A stretch of 64,000 nucleotides of DNA. Source: Candidatus Saccharimonadota bacterium (GTDB lineage: Bacteria > Patescibacteriota > Saccharimonadia > Saccharimonadales > AWTP1-31). The translations under genes were made by a program, and so were the position numbers. Shown one piece after another: positions 29,624-39,663 of the stretch; the stretch's first letter is position 1; each line of letters starts with the position of its first letter. The notes below the pieces were generated by a model. It made no database searches, was not told where the DNA came from, and was given only the letters and a program-made list of their open reading frames with translations. The stretch spans positions 68,024 to 132,023 of the forward strand of contig JAPLYT010000003.1 in assembly GCA_026395435.1 (NCBI GenBank). The letters are read 5' to 3'.

Positions 29624-30723
29624 CCAAGTCCGTTGTTGCTATCGACTTTTCCCCGCTTGATTCGCTCAATAATAAATCTGGGCTCGATATTAACTTTGCA
29701 ATACTCTTCATTCTGGGTATTTTTGGGATCATATTTGGAGGTGCCATATTGTCGAGTGTTGCTATTCAGCTCATTGGCTACTTTGGGATACTTGTGGGAA
29801 TAGGCATCTTTATTTACAAATCAAGCCAGCAAAGTAAAGCCTATAACGCAGCGCTAGCTCAATTTGCGACTGTCAATTCATGGCAATTTCAAACTTTTGG
29901 TCGTGATATCGATAAAATTGGAACTATATTTAGCCTCGGTCATGGTAGGCAAATGAATAGCATTTACTCGGGGGTGAATCATGACTTACCGTTTCAATTC
30001 TATACCTATAACTACACTATTGGCTACGGAAAGGGTCAGCAGATATTTGACCTGCAGGTTTTCGAACTTACACTGCCCCGTGCGTTGCCCCATATGATCA
30101 TCGACTCTCTCGTTGAGGACGGCAACCACCAAGCATCAACGCTGCCAATAGATTATGACGAGTCTCAAAAAATTGAACTAGAAGGTGATTTCTCAAAGTA
30201 TTTTGCACTCTACGCACCTGATAATTACGGCATAACTGCCCTAACCGTTCTAGCGCCAGATGTCATGGAAACACTCATGCAATTTGCTGCATCGTGCGAT
30301 ATAGAAATAATTCAAAATAAAATGTACTTCTATTGGCCCCTGGTGCCAGGCAACAAAAAAGCCTTCCAGGATATGTTTGCATCTGTAGATCAGGTCCTCA
30401 ATCAGACACTGCGTAAACTAACGTCGAGCGATATATATGCTACTCCTAATCAAGCCACTATCCAAAGCACTGCATCCAATCAAAGTAATATGCTCGTAAA
30501 AAGCTGGTGGAATTCTACAACTAAGACAGCTGCATTTGTCATTTTCCTTACGCTTGCTTATGGCAGTGGAGCACTACTTGGCGGAGACGCGGGAGTAGTC
30601 GTGAACTTCATTACCTTTGTAGCGCTAATTATTGGAGGTATCGCATATACGCTTTCTTATGTCGTTCGTGGTGCATCACGAGCTCGAAAACGAAACAACC
30701 TTAAAGACCGTAGGTATTCCTAA
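29620..30723 (+). CDS. Hypothetical membrane protein
   Basis: N- and C-terminal TM pairs around a soluble core (LEGDFSKYF..Y). Confidence 0.7.
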   Translation: MTKSVVAIDFSPLDSLNNKSGLDINFAILFILGIFGIIFGGAILSSVAIQLIGYFGILVGIGIFIYKSSQQSKAYNAALAQFATVNSWQFQTFGRDIDKIGTIFSLGHGRQMNSIYSGVNHDLPFQFYTYNYTIGYGKGQQIFDLQVFELTLPRALPHMIIDSLVEDGNHQASTLPIDYDESQKIELEGDFSKYFALYAPDNYGITALTVLAPDVMETLMQFAASCDIEIIQNKMYFYWPLVPGNKKAFQDMFASVDQVLNQTLRKLTSSDIYATPNQATIQSTASNQSNMLVKSWWNSTTKTAAFVIFLTLAYGSGALLGGDAGVVVNFITFVALIIGGIAYTLSYVVRGASRARKRNNLKDRRYS

Positions 30724-31187
30724 GATTCGACTTCAACGGGTGCTTTGAGGACAATATGGCGGTCTCGGCCAAAACCTTCGGATTCAGTCGTGATGCCATG
30801 CTCACCGGCTAGCTTGTGCACGGTCCGTCGATCGGCAGGATTCATAGGCTCCAGGGGCATGTCTTTCTTGGATTCCTTGACGGCGTTAATCCACTCTACA
30901 GCGGCCTCACCGAGTCGTTCTGCTCGAGCTTTTTTGTAATCTGCGACATCGACGTTAACACGAGTTATTTCATACCCGTTATTGCGCAGGGCAGTGCTGA
31001 CCATAAACTGCAATGAACGGACGGTTTCACCGTTCTGCCCGATCAAGAATCCATTGAGATGCGTGGACGGGATATGAAGTTCAATAACCTCATCGTCGCT
31101 ATTAGTCGCATAAACATCGGTATTCAGTCCAAAAAATGATAATAAATCTTCAAGGTATTTCTTTGCGTAAACAATTGAATCTTCCAT
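30720..31187 (-). CDS. jag: Jag/KhpB RNA-binding protein (KH + R3H, short form)
   Basis: LIGQNGETVRSLQ, LEPMNPADRRTVH, SEG.GRDRH; follows yidC. Confidence 0.9.
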   Translation of the reverse strand: MEDSIVYAKKYLEDLLSFFGLNTDVYATNSDDEVIELHIPSTHLNGFLIGQNGETVRSLQFMVSTALRNNGYEITRVNVDVADYKKARAERLGEAAVEWINAVKESKKDMPLEPMNPADRRTVHKLAGEHGITTESEGFGRDRHIVLKAPVEVES

Positions 31188-31190
31188 GAC

Positions 31191-32123
31191 CTATCTCCTT
31201 TTTTTAGATTTTTTACTTCCTTTTTTAGGTAACTTAGTTGTAGTTTTTATTTTAGGAGGAATTACTTCTGCTTCGATAGGTGTACTACTGCCTGCAACAC
31301 TGGCGGTTGTCATCTCAGTCTGATCTTGGCCGAGTACTCGTGACTGTTGCATAAACGCCACAATACCGCTCACAAGCCAGTACAAGGATAATGCTGAAGC
31401 GATGTTGACCGTTACGATAAAGATGAATACAGGGAGCATGTAACGGGTACTGCGGCCAACGGCAGCGTTTATCTCACCTTGGTCGGCCTTTGTGCCATCA
31501 CCGGCTTCTTTCAGGATCGATCGCAAGGTTCGTTTTTCTTTGTCATCAGGCATGAGCTGTTTTGCCTGGTAATACTGCATCACGGCACTTGCTATTACGA
31601 TGAGCATTGCTGGCCAGTAAATGCCACCGCCTGTTTTGCCAATAGCAGCCCTGGTGAGATCCACAATTCCAAAGAGCGTACTGTCGAACTTGGTGATATC
31701 AGCAGCAATCGTTTGAATCCATGGCAAGTTAGCGATACTAGGATATGCGTAGGTGACGATCGCTTTAGGGTCGAGGACAATACGGTGAAGGCCACTATAT
31801 AGCCCTATGAATATCGGCAGTTGCACAAGAAGCAGTCCAATAGAAGAGAATGGATTGATCTCTTTCTCTTTATACAGCTCCATCATCAAAGCTGATTCTT
31901 TCTGGCGATCTCCTTTTGCTGCAAGCTTTATGCGCTTCAATTCAGGTTGAAGTTCGCGCATAGCCTTGGCCTGATGGAGTTGTTTCTTGACCAGTGGCCA
32001 CATGAGCAACCGGACAAGAACCGTAAATAGAATAATTGCCAGACCGAAGTTATGACCCGGCAGAACTGCATATATCAACACCAGAAGGTTGAAAATTGGA
32101 TTGACGATTAATGTGGTAAACAT
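31191..32123 (-). CDS. yidC: Membrane protein insertase YidC
   Basis: GLAIILFTVLVRLLMWPL, LQPEL, ELYKEKEINP, QLPI, LYW. Start MFTT at 32123 after GGAG. Confidence 0.93.
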   Translation of the reverse strand: MFTTLIVNPIFNLLVLIYAVLPGHNFGLAIILFTVLVRLLMWPLVKKQLHQAKAMRELQPELKRIKLAAKGDRQKESALMMELYKEKEINPFSSIGLLLVQLPIFIGLYSGLHRIVLDPKAIVTYAYPSIANLPWIQTIAADITKFDSTLFGIVDLTRAAIGKTGGGIYWPAMLIVIASAVMQYYQAKQLMPDDKEKRTLRSILKEAGDGTKADQGEINAAVGRSTRYMLPVFIFIVTVNIASALSLYWLVSGIVAFMQQSRVLGQDQTEMTTASVAGSSTPIEAEVIPPKIKTTTKLPKKGSKKSKKRR

Positions 32124-32233
32124 ACACTCTCCTAATAAAATACGGCTGATCATTTGGTGATTTCAGAGCGGAATGGGACATTGGTCGTTGTTCCCGCAGC
32201 TCAAATCGACTCACCCTATCATATCACGAGGGG

Positions 32234-32578
32234 TCAGATTACTCGAGACTGCATCAATAATCGCAACACCGTTGCTTCAAGATTGGCATGGTCGGTCGTC
32301 AAAATATCATCGCTAAAAACGGTAATGACAATATCGGCGGGGATTTTAATCGTGTCCTGATTTTTGCGAACAATCTCGTACAGTCGTCGCCTCATCCGAT
32401 TTCGCTTAACGGCAGACTTGCTTATTTTCTTACTAACCACAACCGCACAGCGATATTCAATGCGTCCTGCATTTTCGGCAATTCGAATAGACAAAAGCTG
32501 CCCTCGATAGGTTTTTCCGTGGGCATACACAAACCGCAAACTATTGTGGCCATGAAATCGATGCTTATATGCAATCAT
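32234..32578 (-). CDS. rnpA: Ribonuclease P protein component
   Basis: VVVSKKISKSAVKRNRMRRRLYE (RNR motif). Confidence 0.93.
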   Translation of the reverse strand: MIAYKHRFHGHNSLRFVYAHGKTYRGQLLSIRIAENAGRIEYRCAVVVSKKISKSAVKRNRMRRRLYEIVRKNQDTIKIPADIVITVFSDDILTTDHANLEATVLRLLMQSRVI

Positions 32579-32635
32579 ACGACTATTCTACAGTTGTTAG
32601 GTCGCCTCGTACAGGGGCAAGCCGCCTGGACATAC

Positions 32636-32671
32636 TTGACACGAGAGTGAACTTAAGTTAAACTTAAGCAT
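32636..32671 (+). promoter_or_regulatory. Sigma70 promoter of the TA operon overlapped by a palindromic operator
   Basis: TTGACA (32636-41), 17-nt spacer, TAAACT (32659-64); palindrome CTTAAGTT-A-AACTTAAG (32652-68); ATG 7 nt after the -10. Confidence 0.75.
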
Positions 32672-32935
32672 ATGAAGACAGTTACCGCAAAAGAACTCCG
32701 CAACAACTTAGACTCTATTTTGGAGCGCGTTAATGCCGGCGAGGAAATCATCGTTAAACATCGATTTCGTGATCCTGTGCGTCTCGTACCCAATAATGCA
32801 AGCAAGGACACAGGGAAAAAAATGATTGGCCTTGCCGCACTCGACAATGCACCAAGAAAAGAACACTATCTCGACCCTAATAAATCTTACAAAGAGCTCT
32901 ATCACGAAGCGTTGGACAAAAAGTATGGCCTCTAG
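32672..32935 (+). CDS. Phd/YefM-family antitoxin
   Basis: MKTVTAKELRNNLDSILERVNAGEEIIV...PVRLVP. Confidence 0.88.
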   Translation: MKTVTAKELRNNLDSILERVNAGEEIIVKHRFRDPVRLVPNNASKDTGKKMIGLAALDNAPRKEHYLDPNKSYKELYHEALDKKYGL

Positions 32936-33311
32936 GATTTTTCTCGATGCGAATATTATTTTAGAAGTTATCGGCAAGCGAAAATATAAAGAATTATCTA
33001 AAAAAATTATCACCGATAACGAAGGTTCAGTCTTCATATCGGCGCTTTCAGCTCATTTGATAGTTTATTTCGGCAGCAAGTTCTATGATCTAGACAGAAT
33101 TAACGATTTATTACTAGGATTCGAGATACTTCCTCTGACATCCGACGACATAAGCTGGGCTTTTGCCAATCGTCGAGACAGCGATTTCGAAGATGCGATG
33201 CAAATTTCAGTGGCCATACGAAATGGTTGCGACCAATTAATTACATTAGATAAAAGCCTGGCACGAAAGTACGCAGGCTTATCTTCGATCAAAGTTGTCC
33301 AACTGGCTTAG
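32925..33311 (+). CDS. PIN-domain (VapC-like) toxin
   Basis: [22 protein letters not shown]. Start MASRIF at 32925 overlaps the antitoxin end. Confidence 0.88.
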   Translation: MASRIFLDANIILEVIGKRKYKELSKKIITDNEGSVFISALSAHLIVYFGSKFYDLDRINDLLLGFEILPLTSDDISWAFANRRDSDFEDAMQISVAIRNGCDQLITLDKSLARKYAGLSSIKVVQLA

Positions 33312-33445
33312 TGGGTTAAACGAGCGCGGCCTTTGTTGCGGCGTGCGCGAAGAATGTTCTTACCGGCTTTGGTGGCCATGCGCTTCAAAAAGCCGTGCTC
33401 TTTTGCGCGGTGGCGTTTTTTGGGTTGAAATGTTCGTTTTGGCAT
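33308..33445 (-). CDS. rpmH: 50S ribosomal protein L34
   Basis: Below the ORF-track size cut-off. Manual translation: [45 protein letters not shown]. Confidence 0.97.
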   Translation of the reverse strand: MPKRTFQPKKRHRAKEHGFLKRMATKAGKNILRARRNKGRARLTH

Positions 33446-33765
33446 TATCTTACTATATCCTTATTCTTAGATCTTTACCATTAATTTGGACGTGCAAATC
33501 ACAAGCGATATTTGAGCGATACAAATATTACTACGACTTAGAAGTCAAATTAACAATATTTAACCCACTAATTCTATCAAGTTTTCCACCATTGACCAAG
33601 TGTTTTCCACAGATTACTAGAGAGAGGCTTCCTATGTGCACAAAAAGACTCCTGTTTGCAAGCTTTTTATAGGTCTACCCTGGTGCCCATTATTTGCTTG
33701 TGGAAAACTCTGCACATTTTGTATAGACTTATATATAGATTTGAAAGTTGGAAAAGCGAGGGTAC
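33446..33765. promoter_or_regulatory. rpmH-dnaA intergenic region with DnaA-box-like 9-mers
   Basis: TTTTCCACC 33582, TTTTCCACA 33603, TGTGCACAA 33635, TGTGGAAAA 33699. Confidence 0.65.
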
Positions 33766-35148
33766 ATGAAAGACAGTCTATGGCAGGCAGTATTAGGAGA
33801 AGTTGAACTCTCTGTTTCGCGTGCCAGCTATGTCACCTGGTTCAAAAACACCGTACTTCTCAAAAACAAAGATAATGTACTGGTAGTTGGAGTGCCGACG
33901 ATATTCGTCAAGAACCAGCTAGAGCGTAAGTTTAATCAACTGATTCTTGATGTTCTCAAAAAGAACGGTGTTGAGCCAGACAAAGTTGAATATAAGATTC
34001 ATGTCAGTAGTAGTGGGACACTCCACAAACGATCTAAAGAAGAAACGGTCATGGTCTTGCCTGGTTCAAACGCACCTGCGCCATCGACGGTAAAGCCATC
34101 AGGCAACAGTAATAGCGTGCGACATTCGTATCGCCAAGGACTCAATGAACGATACACCTTTGATAACTTTATCGTCGGTTCAGGAAACGAACTAGCATAT
34201 GCCGCTTGTCAAGCTATAGCCAGCGCTCCGGGTGAGCGATACAATCCACTCTTTTTATATGGTGGTGTTGGTATTGGCAAGACACACCTCATTCAGGCAG
34301 TCGGCAATGCAATCCTAGCTACTAATCCTAAGGCACATGTGGTCTATATATCTTCAGAACAGTTCGTCCAAGAATTCTTAGATGCTATCAGATACAAGAA
34401 GAATACTGATTTTGCCGGGTATTATCGAAGCGCCGACGTACTCATCGTGGACGATATGCAATTTATCGCCGGCAAAGAAAAGACTCAAGAAGAATTCTTC
34501 CATACCTTTAATGCACTTCACCAAGCCAATAAGCAGATCATTATTAGTAGCGATAAGCCGCCAAAGGATATTCCAACGCTTGAGGAACGACTCCGATCAC
34601 GATTCAACTGGGGGATGAGTATTGATATGCAGATCCCAGATTTTGAAACACGGTGTGCCATCGTCCAAACAAAAGCTACGGTTCACGGCATCTCACTCGA
34701 TCCAGGCGTTGTTGAATACCTCGCCTCACACGTCCAGACCAATATTCGTGAACTTGAAGGGGCGCTCAATCAGCTTCTGGCTTTTTGTGAGATGAGAGGC
34801 TTGCAACCTGAAATTCAAATCGCCACCAGTTTACTTGGCGCATCAAAGTCACGACCAAAACATATCAGTCCGAAACAAATCGTCGAACGAACGGCTAAGC
34901 ACTTCCAAGTTTCAATTGACGACATCCTCGGACCAAAGCGAGACAAAGATATCGTCGTGCCTCGGCAAGTTGCAATGTACATTCTGCGGAGTGAACTTCA
35001 TTTGAGTTTTCCTAAGATTGCACGGGAACTTGGACGCAAAGATCACACTACGGCAATTCATTCGGTCGAAAAGATCGAAAAAGAGTCGTCACTCGATGCC
35101 GATATGCGTAGTGCTATTTCTGCCATAAAGGAGCGTTTGTATGCCTAA
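33766..35148 (+). CDS. dnaA: Chromosomal replication initiator DnaA
   Basis: YTFDNFIVG, YNPLFLYGGVGIGKTHL, QEEFFHTFN, NIRELEGAL, RKDHTT. Confidence 0.98.
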   Translation: MKDSLWQAVLGEVELSVSRASYVTWFKNTVLLKNKDNVLVVGVPTIFVKNQLERKFNQLILDVLKKNGVEPDKVEYKIHVSSSGTLHKRSKEETVMVLPGSNAPAPSTVKPSGNSNSVRHSYRQGLNERYTFDNFIVGSGNELAYAACQAIASAPGERYNPLFLYGGVGIGKTHLIQAVGNAILATNPKAHVVYISSEQFVQEFLDAIRYKKNTDFAGYYRSADVLIVDDMQFIAGKEKTQEEFFHTFNALHQANKQIIISSDKPPKDIPTLEERLRSRFNWGMSIDMQIPDFETRCAIVQTKATVHGISLDPGVVEYLASHVQTNIRELEGALNQLLAFCEMRGLQPEIQIATSLLGASKSRPKHISPKQIVERTAKHFQVSIDDILGPKRDKDIVVPRQVAMYILRSELHLSFPKIARELGRKDHTTAIHSVEKIEKESSLDADMRSAISAIKERLYA

Positions 35149-35451
35149 TCTCACATCATTGCCATTCATAAAAATAGCTGTTTTAGGTACATGGGGACGA
35201 GCTGTGCACAACCTGAGTATGGTTAGTAGCATAACGCAGAATGTTGTCCCCTTCCCCGATTTTCGAACACATTTTGTACGCAGCCTGTGGGTAACACGTG
35301 CTGCTTATACACCGTTTGTACGTGGGTATTTCCCACAGAATATTTCACTATTTCAATCTGTTAAAGATGAGTTATGCTCATTGTCCACAGACCTTACTAT
35401 AATGTCTACTTTTTCTAACCAACCTTATTTAATATATAGAAAGGCAATTAA
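35149..35451. other. Probable oriC (dnaA-dnaN intergenic) with DnaA boxes and unwinding element
   Basis: TGTGCACAA 35203, TGTGGGTAA 35286, TTATACACC 35305, TTTCCCACA 35329, tandem TTATGCTCA/TTGTCCACA 35372-89, then TAC-TAT-AAT-GTC-TAC and an AT-rich tract. Confidence 0.75.
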
Positions 35452-36543
35452 ATGAAGCTTCAAGTAACCCAGGAAAATCTATCAAAAGCACTCGGAAACG
35501 TCGCACGAGTAGCAAACACGAGAGGCACACTCCCAATACTTGCCAATGTGGTACTTAGGACGGTTGGAACACGTCTAACTATCGCGGCAACGAATCTCGA
35601 TATTGCCATCACTCACTACATTGGATCAAAAGTAGCAGAAGAAGGAAGCATTACGGTCCCTGCCCGCTTGATGCAGGATTTCGTCAGCAGTCTTCCGAGT
35701 GGCGTGATCGAACTAAAACTCGACGATTACAAACTACATATCACCACCGATCAATACAATTCAGTTATTAATGGTATCTCAGCTGATGAGTTCCCTGTCA
35801 TGCCAGCAATCACCGACGGGACTTCATGGACACTTCCAGCAAAGGCCTTCAAAAAAGGATTACAGCAAGTACTTGTTGCGGCTAGTAGTGACGAAGCTCG
35901 ACCAGTACTTACCGGGCTGTATATCCACACCGAAGGTGGGAAACTCTATATAGCTGCTACCGATAGCTACCGGTTAGCCGAAAAAGAAATTATGGCCACC
36001 AAGGAGGAGATCAATCTTCTCGTCCCTGCAAATGCCATGCAAGAACTACTTAGACTACTGGGCGATCAGGATACTGACATCGAAGTGACCCACGACGATC
36101 AACAAGTGCTCTTTAAGGTTGGCGAAGTAGAACTCGTTACACGACTCATTGAAGGAAAATACCCTGACTACCGCAAGCTCGTACCAAGTGAATTTGCTAC
36201 CACTGCCACGCTTAAGCGCGCTGACTTTGTGAACATCACTAAGGTATCAAGCCTCTTTGCTCGTGAGAGTGCCGGCAGCGTAACGATTCATCTCGATCCT
36301 GAGACTAAGCAAGTGAGTATTCGCTCAATTGCATCACAACTTGGGGAAAACACCGCCAGTGCCGATGCGGTCATTACCAACGAGGGTGATATTACGCTCA
36401 ATTCTCGCTATCTCCTTGATGCACTTGGAACGCTCGGCGGAGCAGATGTGGATATCTGTTTTAACGGTAAGCTCGAGCCGTGTGTGCTTCGCGAAACAAA
36501 AGCAAGTGATTACACCCACGTCATTATGCCTCTCAAGAGTTAA
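35452..36543 (+). CDS. dnaN: DNA polymerase III beta clamp
   Basis: LPILANV, ATNLD, RPVLTG, ATDSYRL, LIEGKYPDY, VIMPLK. Confidence 0.97.
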   Translation: MKLQVTQENLSKALGNVARVANTRGTLPILANVVLRTVGTRLTIAATNLDIAITHYIGSKVAEEGSITVPARLMQDFVSSLPSGVIELKLDDYKLHITTDQYNSVINGISADEFPVMPAITDGTSWTLPAKAFKKGLQQVLVAASSDEARPVLTGLYIHTEGGKLYIAATDSYRLAEKEIMATKEEINLLVPANAMQELLRLLGDQDTDIEVTHDDQQVLFKVGEVELVTRLIEGKYPDYRKLVPSEFATTATLKRADFVNITKVSSLFARESAGSVTIHLDPETKQVSIRSIASQLGENTASADAVITNEGDITLNSRYLLDALGTLGGADVDICFNGKLEPCVLRETKASDYTHVIMPLKS

Positions 36544-36562
36544 AAGGCGCTAAACTATACCT

Positions 36563-37615
36563 ATGATAAGTGATTTACGACTTCAGTCGTTTCGTTCGTA
36601 TGATAATAGCGCCTTTGAGTTTAGTCCGGGGGTGAATATTATTGTGGGGCCCAACGCCAGTGGTAAGACGAATTTACTGGAAGCCGTTTTGGTGATATCC
36701 CGTGGGAGTTCTTACCGGGGTCATGATACTGATTTGATTGCCTATGACAAACCGTGGACTCGTATCGAGAGCGATACACTTGATGGAAAACGAATTGTTA
36801 CACTAGAGCAAACAGCCACCAAAATAGAAAAGAAGTACACGATTAACGGGGTTGTATATCGGAGGCTTAGTCTTCCGAAGACTGTTCCGGTGGTTGTGTT
36901 TGAGCCAGATCATCTTCGGCTGCTTAGCGGGGGTCCTGAGCGAAGGCGCGATTATCTAGATACGCTTCTCGAGCAAACATCCCCTGGATTTGGGGTGTTG
37001 CGCCGGGAATATAAACGAACGCTTGCCCAGAGAAACAAACTCCTCAAGAATCCGTATCGATCTCAAGACGAGATGTTTGTGTGGGATATACGACTCAGTG
37101 AGCTGGCTGGTAAGATTGTAGGGCACCGGGTGGCCATGATCGCTACGATGCAAGAGCAAATCCAAGAGCTATACCAAGAGTTGTCACGTACGCAAAAAAC
37201 CGTCACCCTCGAATATGTATCGTTATGTTCTGTGGCTCACTATAGCTCCGATATGCTTCGTAAACTCGAACAAGGCCTCGAGGATGATGTGCTTCGGGGA
37301 TTTACGACGAATGGTCCACATAGAGATGATTTGGCAGTGATTTTGGACAATCACCCAGCACACACCAGTGCATCCCGTGGAGAAAGCCGTACGTTGCTTC
37401 TGGCCCTCAAAATCCTAGAGCTCCAACTACTCGAATCAGCCCGTAATAAAAAACCCATCCTGCTACTCGACGATGTCTTTAGCGAACTTGATGGTGCTCG
37501 TCGAAAAGCACTCACCAGCTATCTTAAAAACTACCAGACCTTTATCACGACTACTGATGCCGACATCGTCGTCAAACATTTCATGAACAACTGCCAAATT
37601 ATACCGATGAGCTAA
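36563..37615 (+). CDS. recF: DNA replication/repair protein RecF
   Basis: FRSY, GPNASGKTNLLEA, RRDYLD, GPHRDD, SRGE, LLLDDVFSELD. Confidence 0.96.
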   Translation: MISDLRLQSFRSYDNSAFEFSPGVNIIVGPNASGKTNLLEAVLVISRGSSYRGHDTDLIAYDKPWTRIESDTLDGKRIVTLEQTATKIEKKYTINGVVYRRLSLPKTVPVVVFEPDHLRLLSGGPERRRDYLDTLLEQTSPGFGVLRREYKRTLAQRNKLLKNPYRSQDEMFVWDIRLSELAGKIVGHRVAMIATMQEQIQELYQELSRTQKTVTLEYVSLCSVAHYSSDMLRKLEQGLEDDVLRGFTTNGPHRDDLAVILDNHPAHTSASRGESRTLLLALKILELQLLESARNKKPILLLDDVFSELDGARRKALTSYLKNYQTFITTTDADIVVKHFMNNCQIIPMS

Positions 37616-38244
37616 TCACCCGACTCACTACTTTCTTCTGGTTGCTTGAATACGAATGCAATGTCATAATCCGCTGCTTTATAGCCTTGTGTCTGCATCC
37701 ATTGAAGAGCCTCGTCTTTTGATTCTTCATCAATAAATGTAATGGTGATGCTTGTTTGACCCTTTTCTGTCACGCCATTGTAGTCGATCCTGAAATACTC
37801 CCCAGGCCCGACAAACGGAAGGTCTGCGAGTATTGGAATTTTAGAAGCTTTGTCTGATTCGGCGTCGTAGTTTCGGCTTGAAATTTTTTCTGCTAACTTC
37901 TGATCGTCGGGGTGTTTGTCAAACCAGTCCTTCGTGTCAGGACTATCTGACTCAAGGACCACTCCCGTATACCCATTGTCACCTTTTTTAAGAGTTACGG
38001 TTATTTTTTTAGTCTTAAATCCGTTTTTAGAAATAACAATATCGTACGTTCCGGGCAGTTGTCTTTGTGTTCCCTGTTTTGCTTTAATACCACCTATTAA
38101 TGCTGATGCACTTTTTGGAGCAAATTCTAGAGTAAGAACCGCAGTTTTATCACGATTAGAAAAGGCCTGAAAGGCGAAAAATCCACCCACTGCGACCATA
38201 GATATAACAATAAGTGCAATAATTCTAGTTAAGCGTTGTGTCAT
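37612..38244 (-). CDS. Membrane-anchored PEGA-like domain protein (last gene of T4SS operon)
   Basis: N-terminal TM helix; PGTYDIVISKNGF. Confidence 0.65.
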   Translation of the reverse strand: MTQRLTRIIALIVISMVAVGGFFAFQAFSNRDKTAVLTLEFAPKSASALIGGIKAKQGTQRQLPGTYDIVISKNGFKTKKITVTLKKGDNGYTGVVLESDSPDTKDWFDKHPDDQKLAEKISSRNYDAESDKASKIPILADLPFVGPGEYFRIDYNGVTEKGQTSITITFIDEESKDEALQWMQTQGYKAADYDIAFVFKQPEESSESGD

Positions 38245-39658
38245 TGGTAGTTGCTCCTGTATTTACGGTTTTTAAGCGAGCACGTGTGTAGATATTAAGT
38301 TTTTCCCAACCCGACTTTCCGAGATTTGCCGAACGTGTGTCTTGTGAAGCGCTGGCTACATCGTATCCTTTTTCTCCTTGAGGTCCCACGTAAATTAATG
38401 TGTGGTGTTGTACGCCGTTATTAACGACTAGAATATCGCCAGGCAAAAGATCTGAGGCGGCTGGTCCTTCTTTTATGTCATATAATTCCGGATGACTTTT
38501 TACATAGTTTCGTTGCACTGCTGTTCCGATAGATGGGTATTTAGGATCTGCTCCGCTGGCGTGCATAACGGTCGCTACAAAAACGCCGCAGTCGGCACCG
38601 TCAGTCCGCTGACCTTTGTTGAAACGCGCTATTGCTGCTGCGTATTCAGGTTTAGGTGTTCGAGCCGAGCTTCTGTTTCCGTCGTTCATACCAGCATTGG
38701 GTTTAAATTTATCGGGCCATGAAAAATTGACGGCTGTTTGGGTGATGTTATTCTTAGAAATTCCGTTGTCGGTTGCCGGTGATGCGCCGACACACGCATC
38801 AGTTTCGTCGGTTCCCACAGGAGCACTGACAGTAACCGGATTAGAACCTCTTAGTTCTGATTTGCGCAACGCAGCTGGATTTCTGATTTTTGCGCTATAC
38901 TCTTTGGCCGCTGTTCCCATGACAGTACTTGCAATGTCGTTATAGTTTTTACGTACTTGGTTTACGAGGCTTAGGCGCTGAGTGTAGTACTGACCGGGGT
39001 TGGGTACAGATGCTTCAGCCCATAATTTATTGCCGGCGAACTTATTGTAGTAGGTTAGCGCATACATGAAATCAGTTGCAGTACTTTCTTTATTGACTAA
39101 TGTGTCTGCGAGGCGAGATTGATTTTTGCCTACCATTGTTCGGGCGGTCCCCTCAATACCTGCATCAAATGATTTGAATGATTGGGTACCGTTCGCCTTT
39201 TTCTCGCCCGCAACGAGGTCACTTGATGAAATACCACTGTTGAGTGGGTTGTACAGCCATTTGTTGGCGATATCACCACCTTCTCCAAACATAAAGGCCA
39301 GGAGTGCGTCTATATGTTCTTGGGTGACCGTGTTTTCTGCGGGAACACCTCTTTTTTTAGCTACAGCTTTGAGGGTTTCTACCGCAAATTGCTCCATGAT
39401 GTACGGAGGCTGGATACCGCTATTCCAGATTGAACCATCGCTAGGTATGCCTGAGTTTGTGTCATTCCCACCGAGCGATCCACTGCCTGTTTCTTTGCAG
39501 CTATCAATTCTACCTGCTTGGTAATATGGATAGTTTGAGAAAAGTGGTTTAGCAAATACAGGAGCGGCAAAACTCACACAGTAAACGATTGCTACAATAC
39601 CGCTTGAAATACTGAGTAGTAATTTTGGTCTCGTGTGAAATATTCGTGGTATTTTCAT
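38225..39658 (-). CDS. Secreted putative bifunctional peptidoglycan hydrolase (lysozyme-like + NlpC/P60-CHAP-like), VirB1 analogue
   Basis: TM/signal; GEGG..YNPLN..FKSFDAGIEGT; DCGVFVATVM...PGDILV...HHTLIYVG. Start moved to MKIPR at 39658. Confidence 0.7.
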   Translation of the reverse strand: MKIPRIFHTRPKLLLSISSGIVAIVYCVSFAAPVFAKPLFSNYPYYQAGRIDSCKETGSGSLGGNDTNSGIPSDGSIWNSGIQPPYIMEQFAVETLKAVAKKRGVPAENTVTQEHIDALLAFMFGEGGDIANKWLYNPLNSGISSSDLVAGEKKANGTQSFKSFDAGIEGTARTMVGKNQSRLADTLVNKESTATDFMYALTYYNKFAGNKLWAEASVPNPGQYYTQRLSLVNQVRKNYNDIASTVMGTAAKEYSAKIRNPAALRKSELRGSNPVTVSAPVGTDETDACVGASPATDNGISKNNITQTAVNFSWPDKFKPNAGMNDGNRSSARTPKPEYAAAIARFNKGQRTDGADCGVFVATVMHASGADPKYPSIGTAVQRNYVKSHPELYDIKEGPAASDLLPGDILVVNNGVQHHTLIYVGPQGEKGYDVASASQDTRSANLGKSGWEKLNIYTRARLKTVNTGATTNDTTLN

Positions 39659-39663
39659 AATTT

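Noticed and set aside
33295..33672. 125-aa plus-strand ORF
   Set aside because: Antisense shadow of rpmH and its promoter region
35141..35455. 104-aa ORF between dnaA and dnaN
   Set aside because: No recognisable motif and coincides with the DnaA-box cluster; more likely oriC, though coding is not strictly excluded
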